NCBI GenBank assembly: GCA_963731895.1
Contig: CAVSXO010000021.1
Coordinates: 4,796 to 68,795 of the forward strand
Source of the DNA: an uncultured Solirubrobacterales bacterium
GTDB lineage: Bacteria; Actinomycetota; Thermoleophilia; Solirubrobacterales; JBBDJG01
Length of the DNA: 64,000 nt
Direction of reading: 5' to 3'
The notes below the pieces were generated by a model that was not told where the DNA came from, did not search any database, and saw nothing but the letters and a program-made list of their open reading frames with translations. This document shows, in pieces, positions 39,245-49,431 of the stretch. Made by a program: the position numbers and the translations under genes. Positions within the stretch are counted from its first letter, which is position 1; each line of letters begins with the position of its first letter.

Positions 39245-40925
39245 CGTAGAGCGTCCCCTCGGCCGCGTCCCAGCGCGGGCTGACCGGGTCGATCGCGTCA
39301 CCGTCACGGCGGGTGACGATGTGGGTCAGGAACACCGTCTCGCCCGACCGCAGCGCGCGCAGGACGCAGTCGAACTCACCGTTGTGCGCAAATCCGCTCG
39401 CGGGCAGCGCGGCGGCAAAGCCGGACCGCTCGGCGCCCGCCACGCCGGGGAACGCCTCGGCGACGTCGGGACGTACGAGCGGGGCGGCCGTATGCGTGTT
39501 CCCCGTTCGAGCGATCACTTCGATCGCGTCGGGCGCTCCGTCACCCGGCACGACCCAGCCGTGCAGCAGCAGCTGCTCTCCCTGTGTCGCCACCACGTCG
39601 AGGCAGCCCGCGGATCGCGGCAGGCCCTGGGCACCCCCGTTGTCGCCGGCCTCGAACCCCACGCGCACCGCGTCGGTGAGCGCCGCGGTTCCGGCGCGGA
39701 CCAGCCCGGCCACCGCACCAAGCGCTGCGTCGAAGGCATCGGCCGTTTGTGCCAGCGCATCCTCGTCGTGTGCCAGCGAGGGCAGGATGTTCCCGTTCGT
39801 CAGCACCCCGGCACGTGCGCACTGCTTCAGGAAGGCAATCTGGATGCGCTGGCCGAGCATGCCGCCCTCGGGCGCGAAGTCGAACGTCATGCGCGCCTCC
39901 GGGCCGCGCAGCGTGGCCTTCACCCCATGCCTCTCACGGGCGGCGTCAAAGCTCTCCCGTACCCTCGCGCCGGTGGCGGCCAGGCGCTCCGCGACCGGCT
40001 CGCGTCGCAGGAGCGCGAGCACCGCCCGTGCGGCCGCCAGCGAGAGGGTCTCGCCGCGAAACGTCATGCCGTAGGCGACGCTCGTGAGGCGCTGCATGTA
40101 AGAGCGCTTGCCGACGAGTGCCGAGAGGGGCATGCCATTCGCCAGCGCTTTGCCGAAGCAGGCGAGGTCCGGCATCACGCCGAAGCGCTCCTGCGCGCCG
40201 CCGTTGGCGAGCCGGAACCCGGTGATCATCTCGTCGAAGACGAGCAGCGCGCCATGGGCGGCGGCCAGGTTCTTGACTCCCTCGAGATAGCCGGGCTCGG
40301 GCAGCTCGACATTGGTCGGCTCCATCACCACGGCGGCGACGCGGCCCCGGAACCGGTCGAACAGCCCATCGAGTGCGTCGAGGTCGTTGTACGGGAAGGG
40401 GTGCACCAGGTCCCTCAGGGCGTCGGGCTGGCCCTCGACCTCGGGAAACATGCTCACGTACCAGTCGTGGAAGCCGTGCACGCCGTGTTGGAGGATCAGG
40501 TCGCGGCCGGTGACGGCACGCGCGACTCGCACGGCAGCCGTGACGACATCGGAGCCGTTCTTGCCGAACGTGACCATCTCGGCGCAGGGGATCATCTCCT
40601 TCAGCATCGCCGCGACCTCCAGCTCAACCGGGTGCATCAGCGACAGCGTCGGCCCGGCCTCGACCTGCTCGACGATCGCGCGCTCGACGTCCGGATGCCG
40701 GTACCCGAGCAGCACGGGGCCTCCGCCGCTGATCCAATCGACGTACGAGGTCCCATCCGCGTCCCTCAGGCGGCACCCTTCGGCGTGCTCGGCGAAGCGC
40801 GGAAATGCGTCGTCGTCCCCGGCGTACAGATGCCGGAGCAGCATGCGGTGCTGGCCCCCGTACCCGAGCAGGTCGTCGGCGGACCGAGCGAGTGCGGCGG
40901 ACCGCGATCCTGGATCGCCGCTCAC
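39237..40925 (-). CDS. Class III PLP aminotransferase (GSA aminomutase-like) with a C-terminal accessory domain
   Basis: FGKNGSD, FDEMITGFR and PDLACFGKALANGMP; extra GW..RPDV..SGF domain. Confidence 0.88.
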   Translation of the reverse strand: MSGDPGSRSAALARSADDLLGYGGQHRMLLRHLYAGDDDAFPRFAEHAEGCRLRDADGTSYVDWISGGGPVLLGYRHPDVERAIVEQVEAGPTLSLMHPVELEVAAMLKEMIPCAEMVTFGKNGSDVVTAAVRVARAVTGRDLILQHGVHGFHDWYVSMFPEVEGQPDALRDLVHPFPYNDLDALDGLFDRFRGRVAAVVMEPTNVELPEPGYLEGVKNLAAAHGALLVFDEMITGFRLANGGAQERFGVMPDLACFGKALANGMPLSALVGKRSYMQRLTSVAYGMTFRGETLSLAAARAVLALLRREPVAERLAATGARVRESFDAARERHGVKATLRGPEARMTFDFAPEGGMLGQRIQIAFLKQCARAGVLTNGNILPSLAHDEDALAQTADAFDAALGAVAGLVRAGTAALTDAVRVGFEAGDNGGAQGLPRSAGCLDVVATQGEQLLLHGWVVPGDGAPDAIEVIARTGNTHTAAPLVRPDVAEAFPGVAGAERSGFAAALPASGFAHNGEFDCVLRALRSGETVFLTHIVTRRDGDAIDPVSPRWDAAEGTLYVT

Positions 40926-43066
40926 GAGGCGAGATCGAAGATCAGGCAGGCGTCAGGCTCCTGGCTGACCTCGGCGTAGCGGCTGCGCAGGTGCTCGGCG
41001 AAGCCGGGATAGTGGTCGAGCCACCAGCGGTTCGTGTCGGGCAGCAGCAGAAATCCGGCGCCGCGACCGCGGGCGGACTCGAGGTTGTCGATCGCCCACT
41101 CGTCGTCGGGCGGATGGTGCCCGGCATAGGTCCCACCGGGGCCAGATGGGAAATGCAGGCCCTCGCAGGATCCGAGATCCAAAAGCGCCGCGTCACCCTT
41201 GCTCGCTACGAGCACCGTGGCATCGTCGGGCAGGGATCGCCGTACGACATCGCACACGCGTCGCACCAGCGCGGGATAGTCCGGCGCCCGCCTCTTCCCG
41301 TTGCCGTTCTGCGCCGCCGTGCGCACCCGGTCCACCAGCTCGGAGTAGGCCTTCGGCGTCACGACGGACGGCTGTTGCGGGTCGCGGCGCCGTGCCTTCG
41401 GCGTCCCGTCCGGCACCACCGCGCCCGCAAACTGGATCCCCTCCGGGACGCCGCCCACGCGGGGCCTGCCGGGCAGGGTTGCCCGGTCGGTCCAGCCGAC
41501 CTCGCGCTCGCCGCCGAGGTAGATCGCGGGCGCATGCCCGGCGTCCGCGTAACCCAGCGTGCTGCCGGGCACACGCGGCATGTGCTCGTGGCGGACGATG
41601 CAGCGGATCTCCTCCGAGCGCAGGCAGGGCTGCTCGGGTCCCTCGCTCAAGGCGAACACCGACCACCAGTAGCCGAGGTTCGAGGCCAGGCCCTCCCAGA
41701 GCTCTCTGTCGATCGGCAGGTCTAGCCCGTCGGCGCCACGGTCGACCGGATCGATCTCGCAGACCGCGACTTCGTCGCTGTCCCCGGCGAGCGCGAGCGC
41801 GACGATCCATCGCGCGACGTCTGCTTCGGGGCGGTGGACCCGGATCACCGGCGGATCGGACTGCCGCGACATGTGGCTGGGCTCCTCGGCGACCAGCGTG
41901 GCGTCGACCTGGCTGCCGTCCCTCCCGAGATCGGCGACCACCCGATCGATGAACGGAAGGTGGCTCTTCGGTGGCGCCTGCGCGACCATCCGGCAGCTCG
42001 CACACAGCGCAGGGTAGTCCCAGGTGTAGTGCGCCCGACGCAGATCGCGCGCGGTGGGCCCGTTCCAGATCTCGGGGAAGTCCTGCTCCTGCAGGTTCCC
42101 GAGGTGGAGCTCGCCCTCAGTCGCCATCCCGCATGGCGAAACGTCGCCGTTCACGGTGATCCGCAGGCGGTTGTACGCGTACTTGCAGAACCCCGGTGAG
42201 AGCAGCTTCGCGTGCTCGTCGGCTGGGTCGTTCCAGGCCTTGTGGGGCTTGACCGGGACCTTCCTGCCCTCTTCGCAGAAGTCCCACCACTGAGGACGTG
42301 CCTCCACCCACCAGCCGAAGCGGATCTTCCTGCGCTTTGCGACCGCCAGGCACCGCTGCTTGATCCATTCGATCCACTCCGCCGAGAAATGCAGCGTGGG
42401 ATCCAGGTAACGGCTGCGCTTGTTGACGTCGATCATCTGGATGATGTTCACGGCGCGAATGCCCGCGTCGGCGAACCACGCCACGGTCTCCGGCATCTGC
42501 GCGGCGTTCTCCGTCATGAACACGGCCTGGGCGATGCACTCGATGCCGTGCTCGTCACAGAGGCGCGCCGTGCGCGGGACGTTCTCGAACACGAGGTCCG
42601 GCTTGCTCCCCGGGCGGATCTTCTCGAACACCTCGGGCAGGTGGCTGTCGATCGACATCACCACCATCTCCACGACGTCCTTCAGCTCGTAGAACTTCTG
42701 CTCGTCGAGGAACTGCATGTTCGTGGTGAGCGCGAGCTGCACGCTGTAGCGCTCGGCCATCTCGCGCGTCTCATCCCAGCTCAGGATCAGCGGCTCGCTG
42801 CCCTCATAGGGCGTGATCACCGAGAGGTCGGTCGCGATCTGAGACCCGACCTTCTCGAGCACCAACGGCGCCATCTTCTCGGTGGGCGGATTGCCGCCGT
42901 CCCAGCACATGATGCAGCTCATGTTGCAGAAGGTGCTGAACTGGACGTGGGCCTCGTACGGCCGCGACTCGAAAACGAGCTGCTTGCTTCGCAGCTCAGC
43001 CTCGAGCAGGGCACGGTTGCGCCTTGCGATCCGGTCACGCTCCTGCGATGTGATCTCCGGCGTCAC
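40922..43066 (-). CDS. Radical SAM protein with SPASM/twitch domain and C-terminal extension
   Basis: CNMSCIMC, then CKYAY..NGDVSPC..LGNL..EIWNG..CASC; GGAGG SD before GTG. Confidence 0.88.
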   Translation of the reverse strand: MTPEITSQERDRIARRNRALLEAELRSKQLVFESRPYEAHVQFSTFCNMSCIMCWDGGNPPTEKMAPLVLEKVGSQIATDLSVITPYEGSEPLILSWDETREMAERYSVQLALTTNMQFLDEQKFYELKDVVEMVVMSIDSHLPEVFEKIRPGSKPDLVFENVPRTARLCDEHGIECIAQAVFMTENAAQMPETVAWFADAGIRAVNIIQMIDVNKRSRYLDPTLHFSAEWIEWIKQRCLAVAKRRKIRFGWWVEARPQWWDFCEEGRKVPVKPHKAWNDPADEHAKLLSPGFCKYAYNRLRITVNGDVSPCGMATEGELHLGNLQEQDFPEIWNGPTARDLRRAHYTWDYPALCASCRMVAQAPPKSHLPFIDRVVADLGRDGSQVDATLVAEEPSHMSRQSDPPVIRVHRPEADVARWIVALALAGDSDEVAVCEIDPVDRGADGLDLPIDRELWEGLASNLGYWWSVFALSEGPEQPCLRSEEIRCIVRHEHMPRVPGSTLGYADAGHAPAIYLGGEREVGWTDRATLPGRPRVGGVPEGIQFAGAVVPDGTPKARRRDPQQPSVVTPKAYSELVDRVRTAAQNGNGKRRAPDYPALVRRVCDVVRRSLPDDATVLVASKGDAALLDLGSCEGLHFPSGPGGTYAGHHPPDDEWAIDNLESARGRGAGFLLLPDTNRWWLDHYPGFAEHLRSRYAEVSQEPDACLIFDLAS

Positions 43067-43110
43067 TGCCTCCCTCCGGAACGGCCGCCGTTCCAACCGC
43101 CGCCGATATC

Positions 43111-43857
43111 GTGGGCGACGGCTTGTACTCCGATCACAGGTTCAGTCAAGAGTACCCCTCGGCGGGGGCTCCGCGAGTGTCGTTCCTCGTGTGCGCGCTG
43201 CCGCGTTCGGGCAGCTCTCTGCTGTGCGAGCTGCTGGCACGGACCGAGCTGGCGGGGGCGCCGGCGGAGTTCTTCGAGCCCAACACGCGACGCGCGCTCG
43301 AGGACCGCTGGGGCGTGCAGACCCTGGACCGGTACGTGGGCGAGATGCTCGCCCGCAAGACGACCCCGAACGGCGTCTTCGGCCTGAAGGCGCTGTACCA
43401 CCAGCTCGTGGACGCGGTCGGAGTCACCCCGCCCCGCGACCTGTTCCCGAACGTGCGTTACGTGTATATCAAGCGCCACGATCACGTCCGTCAGGCGGTC
43501 TCTTTCGCGCGGGCGATCCAGACTGATCAGTGGGCGTCCGAGCACCCGGCCGGTGGCGCGGACCCGGTGTTCGACGCAGCTCAGATCGGAGAGCTGATCG
43601 CATGGATCCGCAGCGAGGAGGCGCTATGGGAGGAGTTGTTACGGCGCGAGGGATCTCCCGTGCTGCGGCTCGTGTACGAGGACTTCGCCGAGTCGATCGA
43701 CGAGACGCTTGCCCAGGTGTTGGGCTTTCTGGACGTCGACGTCCCGGCGGGCTTCCAGTGGCCCCGCCCGACGCTTGCAAAGCAGGCCGACGACCTGACG
43801 GAGCGATGGGTCCGGGACTACCTCTCACTGGACGCCTCCTCCCAGGCCGGCTCCTGA
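43111..43857 (+). CDS. Stf0-family sulfotransferase
   Basis: PRSGSSLL 5'-PSB loop, PAEFF, TPNGVFGLK, RQAVS and YED. Confidence 0.88.
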   Translation: MGDGLYSDHRFSQEYPSAGAPRVSFLVCALPRSGSSLLCELLARTELAGAPAEFFEPNTRRALEDRWGVQTLDRYVGEMLARKTTPNGVFGLKALYHQLVDAVGVTPPRDLFPNVRYVYIKRHDHVRQAVSFARAIQTDQWASEHPAGGADPVFDAAQIGELIAWIRSEEALWEELLRREGSPVLRLVYEDFAESIDETLAQVLGFLDVDVPAGFQWPRPTLAKQADDLTERWVRDYLSLDASSQAGS

Positions 43858-45548
43858 TCCGACGACTGATCCGTGAACCCGCCCATGAGCCGCTCGATCT
43901 CGTCGCCCCATAGGTGCGTGTGCAGCCAGGCGTTGTACCTGCTCGCCGCGATTCGCAGCTCCGACGCGTAGGACTGTGCCTCGATGTGAAAGAGCTCGAC
44001 TCCGGGCCAGTACCAGGTCGCACGCCCACGCGTGAAGGCCCGCAGACAGAAGTCGTAGTCCTCGTAGTCTCCCCGCACGTAGCAATACGGGAATCCACCG
44101 AGCTCCTCGAACAGCGCGCGATCGACCATCATGCAGGCTCCCGAGACGGCGGGGACGGCACGCGCCTCGTTGGCACCCGGGAAGGTGCGCGTGAGTCCCT
44201 TGAAGTAATGCGCGTCGCGCCAGACGTCTGACCCCGCGAAGCGCTGCAGATACATGCCGGCGTGTTGGATGCTGCCGTCCTCATGGAGGAGTTTGGGGCC
44301 GAGCACATCGCATCCAGGAGTGTTCCGGTAGAACTGCGCCAGCTTGCTCAGCCAGCCCGGCCTGTCGGGCAGCACGTCGGAGTTCATCATCAGCAGGAGG
44401 TCGCTTCGCGCGATCGAGGCGCCGGCATTGCTTGCGCCTGCGAACCCCAGGTTGGCGCCGGTGATGCACACGCGCAGAGGAACGCCGTAGATCGGGAAGA
44501 GCTGTCGAACGGCCTCGCCCAGATCCTCTGCCTGATCGGGGGAGTCGAGTACGTATATGAGGTCCGCCCGTGCCATGTCCGCGTCGTCGGCGAACTGCGA
44601 GAGCTGGTACTTGAGGTGGTCGAGGCGCTCATAGAGTGGAATCACGATCGACACCGATGGATCGCTCGGTGGCTCGCCCAGCTGCAGCACGGATTCGACC
44701 TCCGCATGCGCATGGATCAGTTCCTGGATCCGGTCCACGGCAGGAAACACGTGCTCGCGCAACAGGTCGTCGGAGGGCAGGTAGCCGGTGAGCGCGTCCT
44801 CGAGGACCGTGTCGCGGATCGCGAGCGCATTGGTCGCGAGCTTCGGGGCGGGTACCTCGATCGGCGGCTCGCCCGACCGCTGGGCCTCGAGCACCCAGCC
44901 ATCCGCAAGCAGGCTGGGCACGGGCAGGCGATGCGAGCCGATGAAGCCGTTCTTGGTGCGCCGGCCGAGCGCCGACCGCCCGACGACGTCGGGACGTGGG
45001 TACCGGTATGCGCCGTCGAGCAGGCTCACCCGGCTGCCCTCGGGAGCGATCGCGTCGAGGCCGGTCACGGTGCCGTCGGAGTCGCGTAGCCACCCCCGTA
45101 TGTACAGCTGCTCGCGATCCACCAGTGCCAGATACTCGGCCGTCAGCGCCGCCCTGTCGACGTGGTCGCGGACGCTGATCGCCGACTCGCGCAGACCATC
45201 GCGCAGGAGCCTCAGGTTCTCCGCCAGTACCGCTTCGTGCGGGTCCTCCCAGTCCATCGTCTGCGACAGGACCTCGACGATGCGGTCGCGGGTGGTCGCA
45301 GGCGCCGGGGCGAGGTAGTCGCGCGCGAAGGCCTTCACGGCGGCCGGGCCGGCGGCGATCTCGAGCTCCGTCGACTCCGCCGGGATCGCGACCGCGAGGA
45401 GCAGGAAGTCTTCGCACGGAACCTGCAGGACGTCCTGTGCCCGCCGCCCGGGGAACGGCGGCCGTGCCTCGTCGGCATCCACCGCCCTGCAGACGAGCAG
45501 GCACACCTCTGCGCCGAGTCTCACCGCGCGCTCGACGGGCGCACTCAT
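43818..45548 (-). CDS. Glycosyltransferase family 2
   Basis: VSIVIPLY, NLGFAGASN, MNSD, SGACMM and YEDYDFCL. Confidence 0.88.
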   Translation of the reverse strand: MSAPVERAVRLGAEVCLLVCRAVDADEARPPFPGRRAQDVLQVPCEDFLLLAVAIPAESTELEIAAGPAAVKAFARDYLAPAPATTRDRIVEVLSQTMDWEDPHEAVLAENLRLLRDGLRESAISVRDHVDRAALTAEYLALVDREQLYIRGWLRDSDGTVTGLDAIAPEGSRVSLLDGAYRYPRPDVVGRSALGRRTKNGFIGSHRLPVPSLLADGWVLEAQRSGEPPIEVPAPKLATNALAIRDTVLEDALTGYLPSDDLLREHVFPAVDRIQELIHAHAEVESVLQLGEPPSDPSVSIVIPLYERLDHLKYQLSQFADDADMARADLIYVLDSPDQAEDLGEAVRQLFPIYGVPLRVCITGANLGFAGASNAGASIARSDLLLMMNSDVLPDRPGWLSKLAQFYRNTPGCDVLGPKLLHEDGSIQHAGMYLQRFAGSDVWRDAHYFKGLTRTFPGANEARAVPAVSGACMMVDRALFEELGGFPYCYVRGDYEDYDFCLRAFTRGRATWYWPGVELFHIEAQSYASELRIAASRYNAWLHTHLWGDEIERLMGGFTDQSSDQEPAWEEASSER

Positions 45549-46843
45549 CTCCTGGCCTCGATGAGCTCGCGGTAGGCACCCGTCAGGACCTGCACGTGGG
45601 AGTCCATCCCGTAAGGAGGCGTGATCTGCTCATGAAGGTCTTTCCACAGCGCGGGATCCGAGGCGGCCTGCCGCATCAGGGCCGCGAGATTCTGGGCGTC
45701 GTTGCGCCGGAAGTAAAGGCCGTTCTCGCCGTGGCGCACCTTCTCGGCCAGACCGCCCACCGGGCTGCAGATCACCGGCCTGCGGGCGTGCAACGCCTCC
45801 CATACCACGAAGGGCCCGGTCTCGGCCCAGATCGACGGCACCACGATCCAGTCCATGTCCTCCATCAGCTCCAGCACGTCGCCGTGGTCGTATTGGCCGG
45901 CGACCGTGACCGTGGCGCTGGCGCTGTCGAGGAGCTTGCGCAGCCGCGCCTGGAAGCCCTTGTCCATGAGATCGAGGTTCGCCCCGAACAGCCACAGATG
46001 GCCGTCGAAATCCGGTCCCAGCACGCGCATCGCTTCGAGCAGCACGTCAGCGCCCTTGTAGGGCGTGAGCTGGCCGAAGAAGGCGAACCGGTTGCGCTTG
46101 CGCGCCGGCCCTCCGTTCGTCGAACCGTTCACCGTGGCGTGCGGCGGGGGTGAGGAGCCGTAGGGCTCGACGATGATCTTCTCTTCGGGGAGTCCCCACT
46201 CGACAAAGCGTTCCTTGGTGGTCGCCGTCGGCGCCACGAAGCGATCGACCAGCGCCAGGTGAGACTGGATGAATCGCTTGCGCATGAAGAACTTCTGCGT
46301 GCCGACGTGCGGGAAGCACTCGCTGCAGTCGAGCGGCGACGGATCAAGGCACATCTGATTGCCGGCCGCCTTCACCATCTGGCCGTCGCGGTGGCAGATG
46401 GCCATGTAGTCGTGAAGCGTGTAGACGATCGGAGCGTGGGGGAGCGCGTTCCTTGTCACGCGCAACACGTCGTAGCCGTAGAACAACGTGTGGTGGAAGT
46501 GCACGATGTCGGGCTCCTGCGCGATCAGAAAGTCACGCAGGAACCGGGTCAGCACCGGCTTGGCCGCCAGCTCGTTGTTGAGGTAGTCGTAGTTCTCGAT
46601 ACCGGTGAAGAACAGGTACTGGTTCGGATCGCCGTTCGCGGCGGCGACCGGAGGCCCATGATGCAGGAGCTTGGATCGGACCGCGGGCGGCCCTGCGCGC
46701 GCGAGGAGCACCGGCTCGAAGTCCGCCGACCGGGACACCGCGCGATACAGGTCGAGCGCATACTGCTCGGCCCCGCCGGGCCGGAACATCGGGTGGTTGT
46801 GGATGACGTAGAGGACCCTGCTCGACCTGTCAGGCATCGGCAC
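45545..46843 (-). CDS. Glycosyltransferase family 4
   Basis: GGAE, YTLHDY, FFGQLTPYKG and VPSIWAETGPFVVWEA. Confidence 0.9.
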   Translation of the reverse strand: MPMPDRSSRVLYVIHNHPMFRPGGAEQYALDLYRAVSRSADFEPVLLARAGPPAVRSKLLHHGPPVAAANGDPNQYLFFTGIENYDYLNNELAAKPVLTRFLRDFLIAQEPDIVHFHHTLFYGYDVLRVTRNALPHAPIVYTLHDYMAICHRDGQMVKAAGNQMCLDPSPLDCSECFPHVGTQKFFMRKRFIQSHLALVDRFVAPTATTKERFVEWGLPEEKIIVEPYGSSPPPHATVNGSTNGGPARKRNRFAFFGQLTPYKGADVLLEAMRVLGPDFDGHLWLFGANLDLMDKGFQARLRKLLDSASATVTVAGQYDHGDVLELMEDMDWIVVPSIWAETGPFVVWEALHARRPVICSPVGGLAEKVRHGENGLYFRRNDAQNLAALMRQAASDPALWKDLHEQITPPYGMDSHVQVLTGAYRELIEARR

Positions 46844-47579
46844 CTCGCGTGGCGTACAGCTCGCACACGTTGCGCTGCCGAGTGACGAAGGTCAGCTCGC
46901 CGGTCAGCGCGCGGCGCACGTCGGGCCGGGAATCGAGCCAGTCGAACGAGGATGACGGGATCAGGACGTATTCGACACCCGGCTGTTTCAAGAGCGAGCG
47001 GCCGTCCTCGGAGTCGATCACCTCCTCTGCGTGCACCTCCCGCACGTTGACCTGCTCGCGCATGGACTCGGCCAGGGTCTCCCGCCCCGGATTCAGCACC
47101 GCCACCGATGCTCCACGCGGGAGCAGGGCAAGGGCGACTCGCTCCAGCTCGGGACGCGGCGCTCTGCGGAGGCTGAGCGCCGCCGGCCGGAGGCCGGCCG
47201 TACTTGCGGAGGCGCGTTCGCTGAGCGAAAACACCAGACAGTCGTCGTGCTCCACGATCGTCCGGTAGTGCTCCTGGAGATGGTCTGCGAGCAGGCCGTA
47301 GTAGTCGAGCCACCAGAAGGCGGTACTTGGGAGCACCAGATGGTCGGCGCCCGCAGCGCGCAGCTCCTCCAGGTGTGAGATGGCGGCGGCGCTGTCGGCG
47401 GGGTGGTATCCGGCGTATCTTCCGGTCGCCGCTTGCGGAAAGTGCAAGCCCTTCGGGCCGTCGAACTCGAGCAGCTCGTCGTCGCCCTTGCTCGCCACGA
47501 GGACCGTGGCCCGGTCGGGAACGAGGGTTTCGACGATTGCGCGGATGCGACTTACAAGCCGCCCGTACTCGTCACTCAC
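46830..47579 (-). CDS. Hypothetical protein made of an unnamed duplicated 'YAGYHP..WWLDYY' domain
   Basis: Homologous to the radical SAM C-terminus: ATVLVASKGD..GLHFP..YAG(Y/H)HP..WWLD(Y/H)Y. Confidence 0.75.
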   Translation of the reverse strand: MSDEYGRLVSRIRAIVETLVPDRATVLVASKGDDELLEFDGPKGLHFPQAATGRYAGYHPADSAAAISHLEELRAAGADHLVLPSTAFWWLDYYGLLADHLQEHYRTIVEHDDCLVFSLSERASASTAGLRPAALSLRRAPRPELERVALALLPRGASVAVLNPGRETLAESMREQVNVREVHAEEVIDSEDGRSLLKQPGVEYVLIPSSSFDWLDSRPDVRRALTGELTFVTRQRNVCELYATRGADA

Positions 47580-47722
47580 CGCTGCTCTCCCTTGTTTCCC
47601 CCGGCCAAATCGCGGCCCTTGGCGTCCATGCCCCCCTGCTCGCACACTAGTCCTCAGCATTCACCAAGTCAAGAAGGCGTGGGCCCAGGCTCCCCCTGGG
47701 CGCGGCTCCTAGACTTGGCTCC

Positions 47723-48310
47723 ATGTTTATCACCTTCGAGGGGATCGACCGGTCAGGCAAGACGACCCAGGCCCGCATGCTCGCGGAAGCGCTCGGCGAT
47801 GAGGCCGTGCTGGTGCGCGAGCCGGGTGGAACACAGGCCGCGGAGCGCATCCGGGAACTTGTGAAGGGGGACACGGACCTCTCGCCGATGACGGAGACGC
47901 TGCTGTTCGGCGCGGCCCGCGCCGACCTGGTCGAGCGGGTGATTCGCCCTGCCCTTGTCTCGGGGAAGACCGTGATCTGCGATCGCTACGTGGACTCGAC
48001 GGTCGCCTACCAGGGTGGAGCGCGCGGGCTCGGGATCGAGCGGGTCGAGGAGCTGAACCGGTGGATCACCGGCGACCTGTGGCCGGACGTCACTTTCCTG
48101 CTCGATGTCGACCCGCGTCATGCCGGCGCTCGCGGGGGAGAGCTCGACCGGTTCGAGCGCGAGGGTGAAGAGCTTCAGCGCGCGGTTGCGGCGGCCTATG
48201 ACGAGCTCGCCGAGAGGCATCTGGGGAGATATGTGCGGATCGACGGAGCTCGCCCGGCGGAGGAAGTGCACAGGGATGTCGTGGCGCGCGTTCGAGCAGG
48301 TGTGACATGA
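47723..48310 (+). CDS. tmk: Thymidylate kinase
   Basis: FITFEGIDRSGKTTQ, REPGG and DRYVDSTVAYQG. Confidence 0.95.
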   Translation: MFITFEGIDRSGKTTQARMLAEALGDEAVLVREPGGTQAAERIRELVKGDTDLSPMTETLLFGAARADLVERVIRPALVSGKTVICDRYVDSTVAYQGGARGLGIERVEELNRWITGDLWPDVTFLLDVDPRHAGARGGELDRFEREGEELQRAVAAAYDELAERHLGRYVRIDGARPAEEVHRDVVARVRAGVT

Positions 48311-49431
48311 CGGTCCTGTCCGCCACCGAGGACCAGCCCCGCGTGCGCATCGCGCTCGAAGCGGGCCTGCGCGACGACGCCGCGCTGTCGCACGCCTATC
48401 TCTTCCATGGGCCGTCCGGCAGCGGCAAGCGCGCGGCGGCGCGGGAGTTCGCGGCGGCGCTGATCGCCCGCGATGCGGCGGACCCCGACGACACGCGGCG
48501 GCGGGTGCTGTCGGGCGTGCATCCGGACATCGCCTGGGTCGAGCCGCGGGGCGCACACGAGATCCTGGTCGCCGACGTCCGCGAGGAGGTCGTGCGCCAG
48601 GCGGCGCTGCGGCCCTTCGAGGCGCGGGTGCGGGTGTTCGTGATCGCGGACGCGGATCGCATGAACGACGAGTCGCAGAACGCGCTTCTGAAGACGCTCG
48701 AGGAGCCTGCCGCGTTCGCGCATTTCGTACTCACCAGCTCCGCTCCCGGACGGCTGCTGGAGACGATCCCGTCCCGCTGCCGGCCGATCCGCTTCGGCGC
48801 GGTCCCGCCGGCGCGCGTGGCGGAGCAGCTCACCGCGCGAGGGGTCGCGCCCGAGACGGCGCTCGCGTGCGCCCGCCTTGCGGGCGGCGACGCCGATCGC
48901 GCCGCTCGCCTGGCCGGCGCGGGCGCCGTGGCCCGGAACGGGGCGGAGGCCGCCGCACGGGCCACGCTGGCGGAGCACGACGACGCCAACTGGGTGCTGG
49001 CCGCGCCGTGGAGGCCGATGCTGGAGCGGGCGGACGAGCTCGGGGACGCCGCGGAGGCGCAGGTGAAGGGCGCGCTCGAGGAACGCCTCGAGAGCGAGCC
49101 CAAGCGCGGCAGCTCCGGGATCACCCGCGAGTTCGAGCTGCAGGCACGGCGGGCACGGCGGCGCGCCCATACGGCGTCGCTCGATGAGAGCCTGGAGCTG
49201 GTTGGCGCCTGGTTTCGTGACCTGGTCGCCGTCGCGAGCGGCTGCGAGGACCAGGTGCTGAACACCGACCGGCTGGCGGCCCTGCGTGAGGACGCCGCCG
49301 GGCGGGACGTGGGACGGCTGATCGACTGCATCGACCTCTGCGAGGCGACGCGCAGGCGCCTGGAGCGAAACGTGCTCGAGGGCCTGGCGCTCGAGGCCCT
49401 GTTCGACTCGCTGCGGCGGCGGCTCGGCTAG
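48307..49431 (+). CDS. holB: DNA polymerase III delta' subunit
   Basis: HAYLFHGPSGSGK, HPD, NALLKTLEEP and TIPSRC; follows tmk. Confidence 0.92.
   Translation: MTVLSATEDQPRVRIALEAGLRDDAALSHAYLFHGPSGSGKRAAAREFAAALIARDAADPDDTRRRVLSGVHPDIAWVEPRGAHEILVADVREEVVRQAALRPFEARVRVFVIADADRMNDESQNALLKTLEEPAAFAHFVLTSSAPGRLLETIPSRCRPIRFGAVPPARVAEQLTARGVAPETALACARLAGGDADRAARLAGAGAVARNGAEAAARATLAEHDDANWVLAAPWRPMLERADELGDAAEAQVKGALEERLESEPKRGSSGITREFELQARRARRRAHTASLDESLELVGAWFRDLVAVASGCEDQVLNTDRLAALREDAAGRDVGRLIDCIDLCEATRRRLERNVLEGLALEALFDSLRRRLG

Noticed and set aside
40922-43066. RiPP maturase role for the radical SAM/SPASM enzyme
   Set aside because: No RRE domain or adjacent precursor peptide seen; the context is glycosyltransferases.
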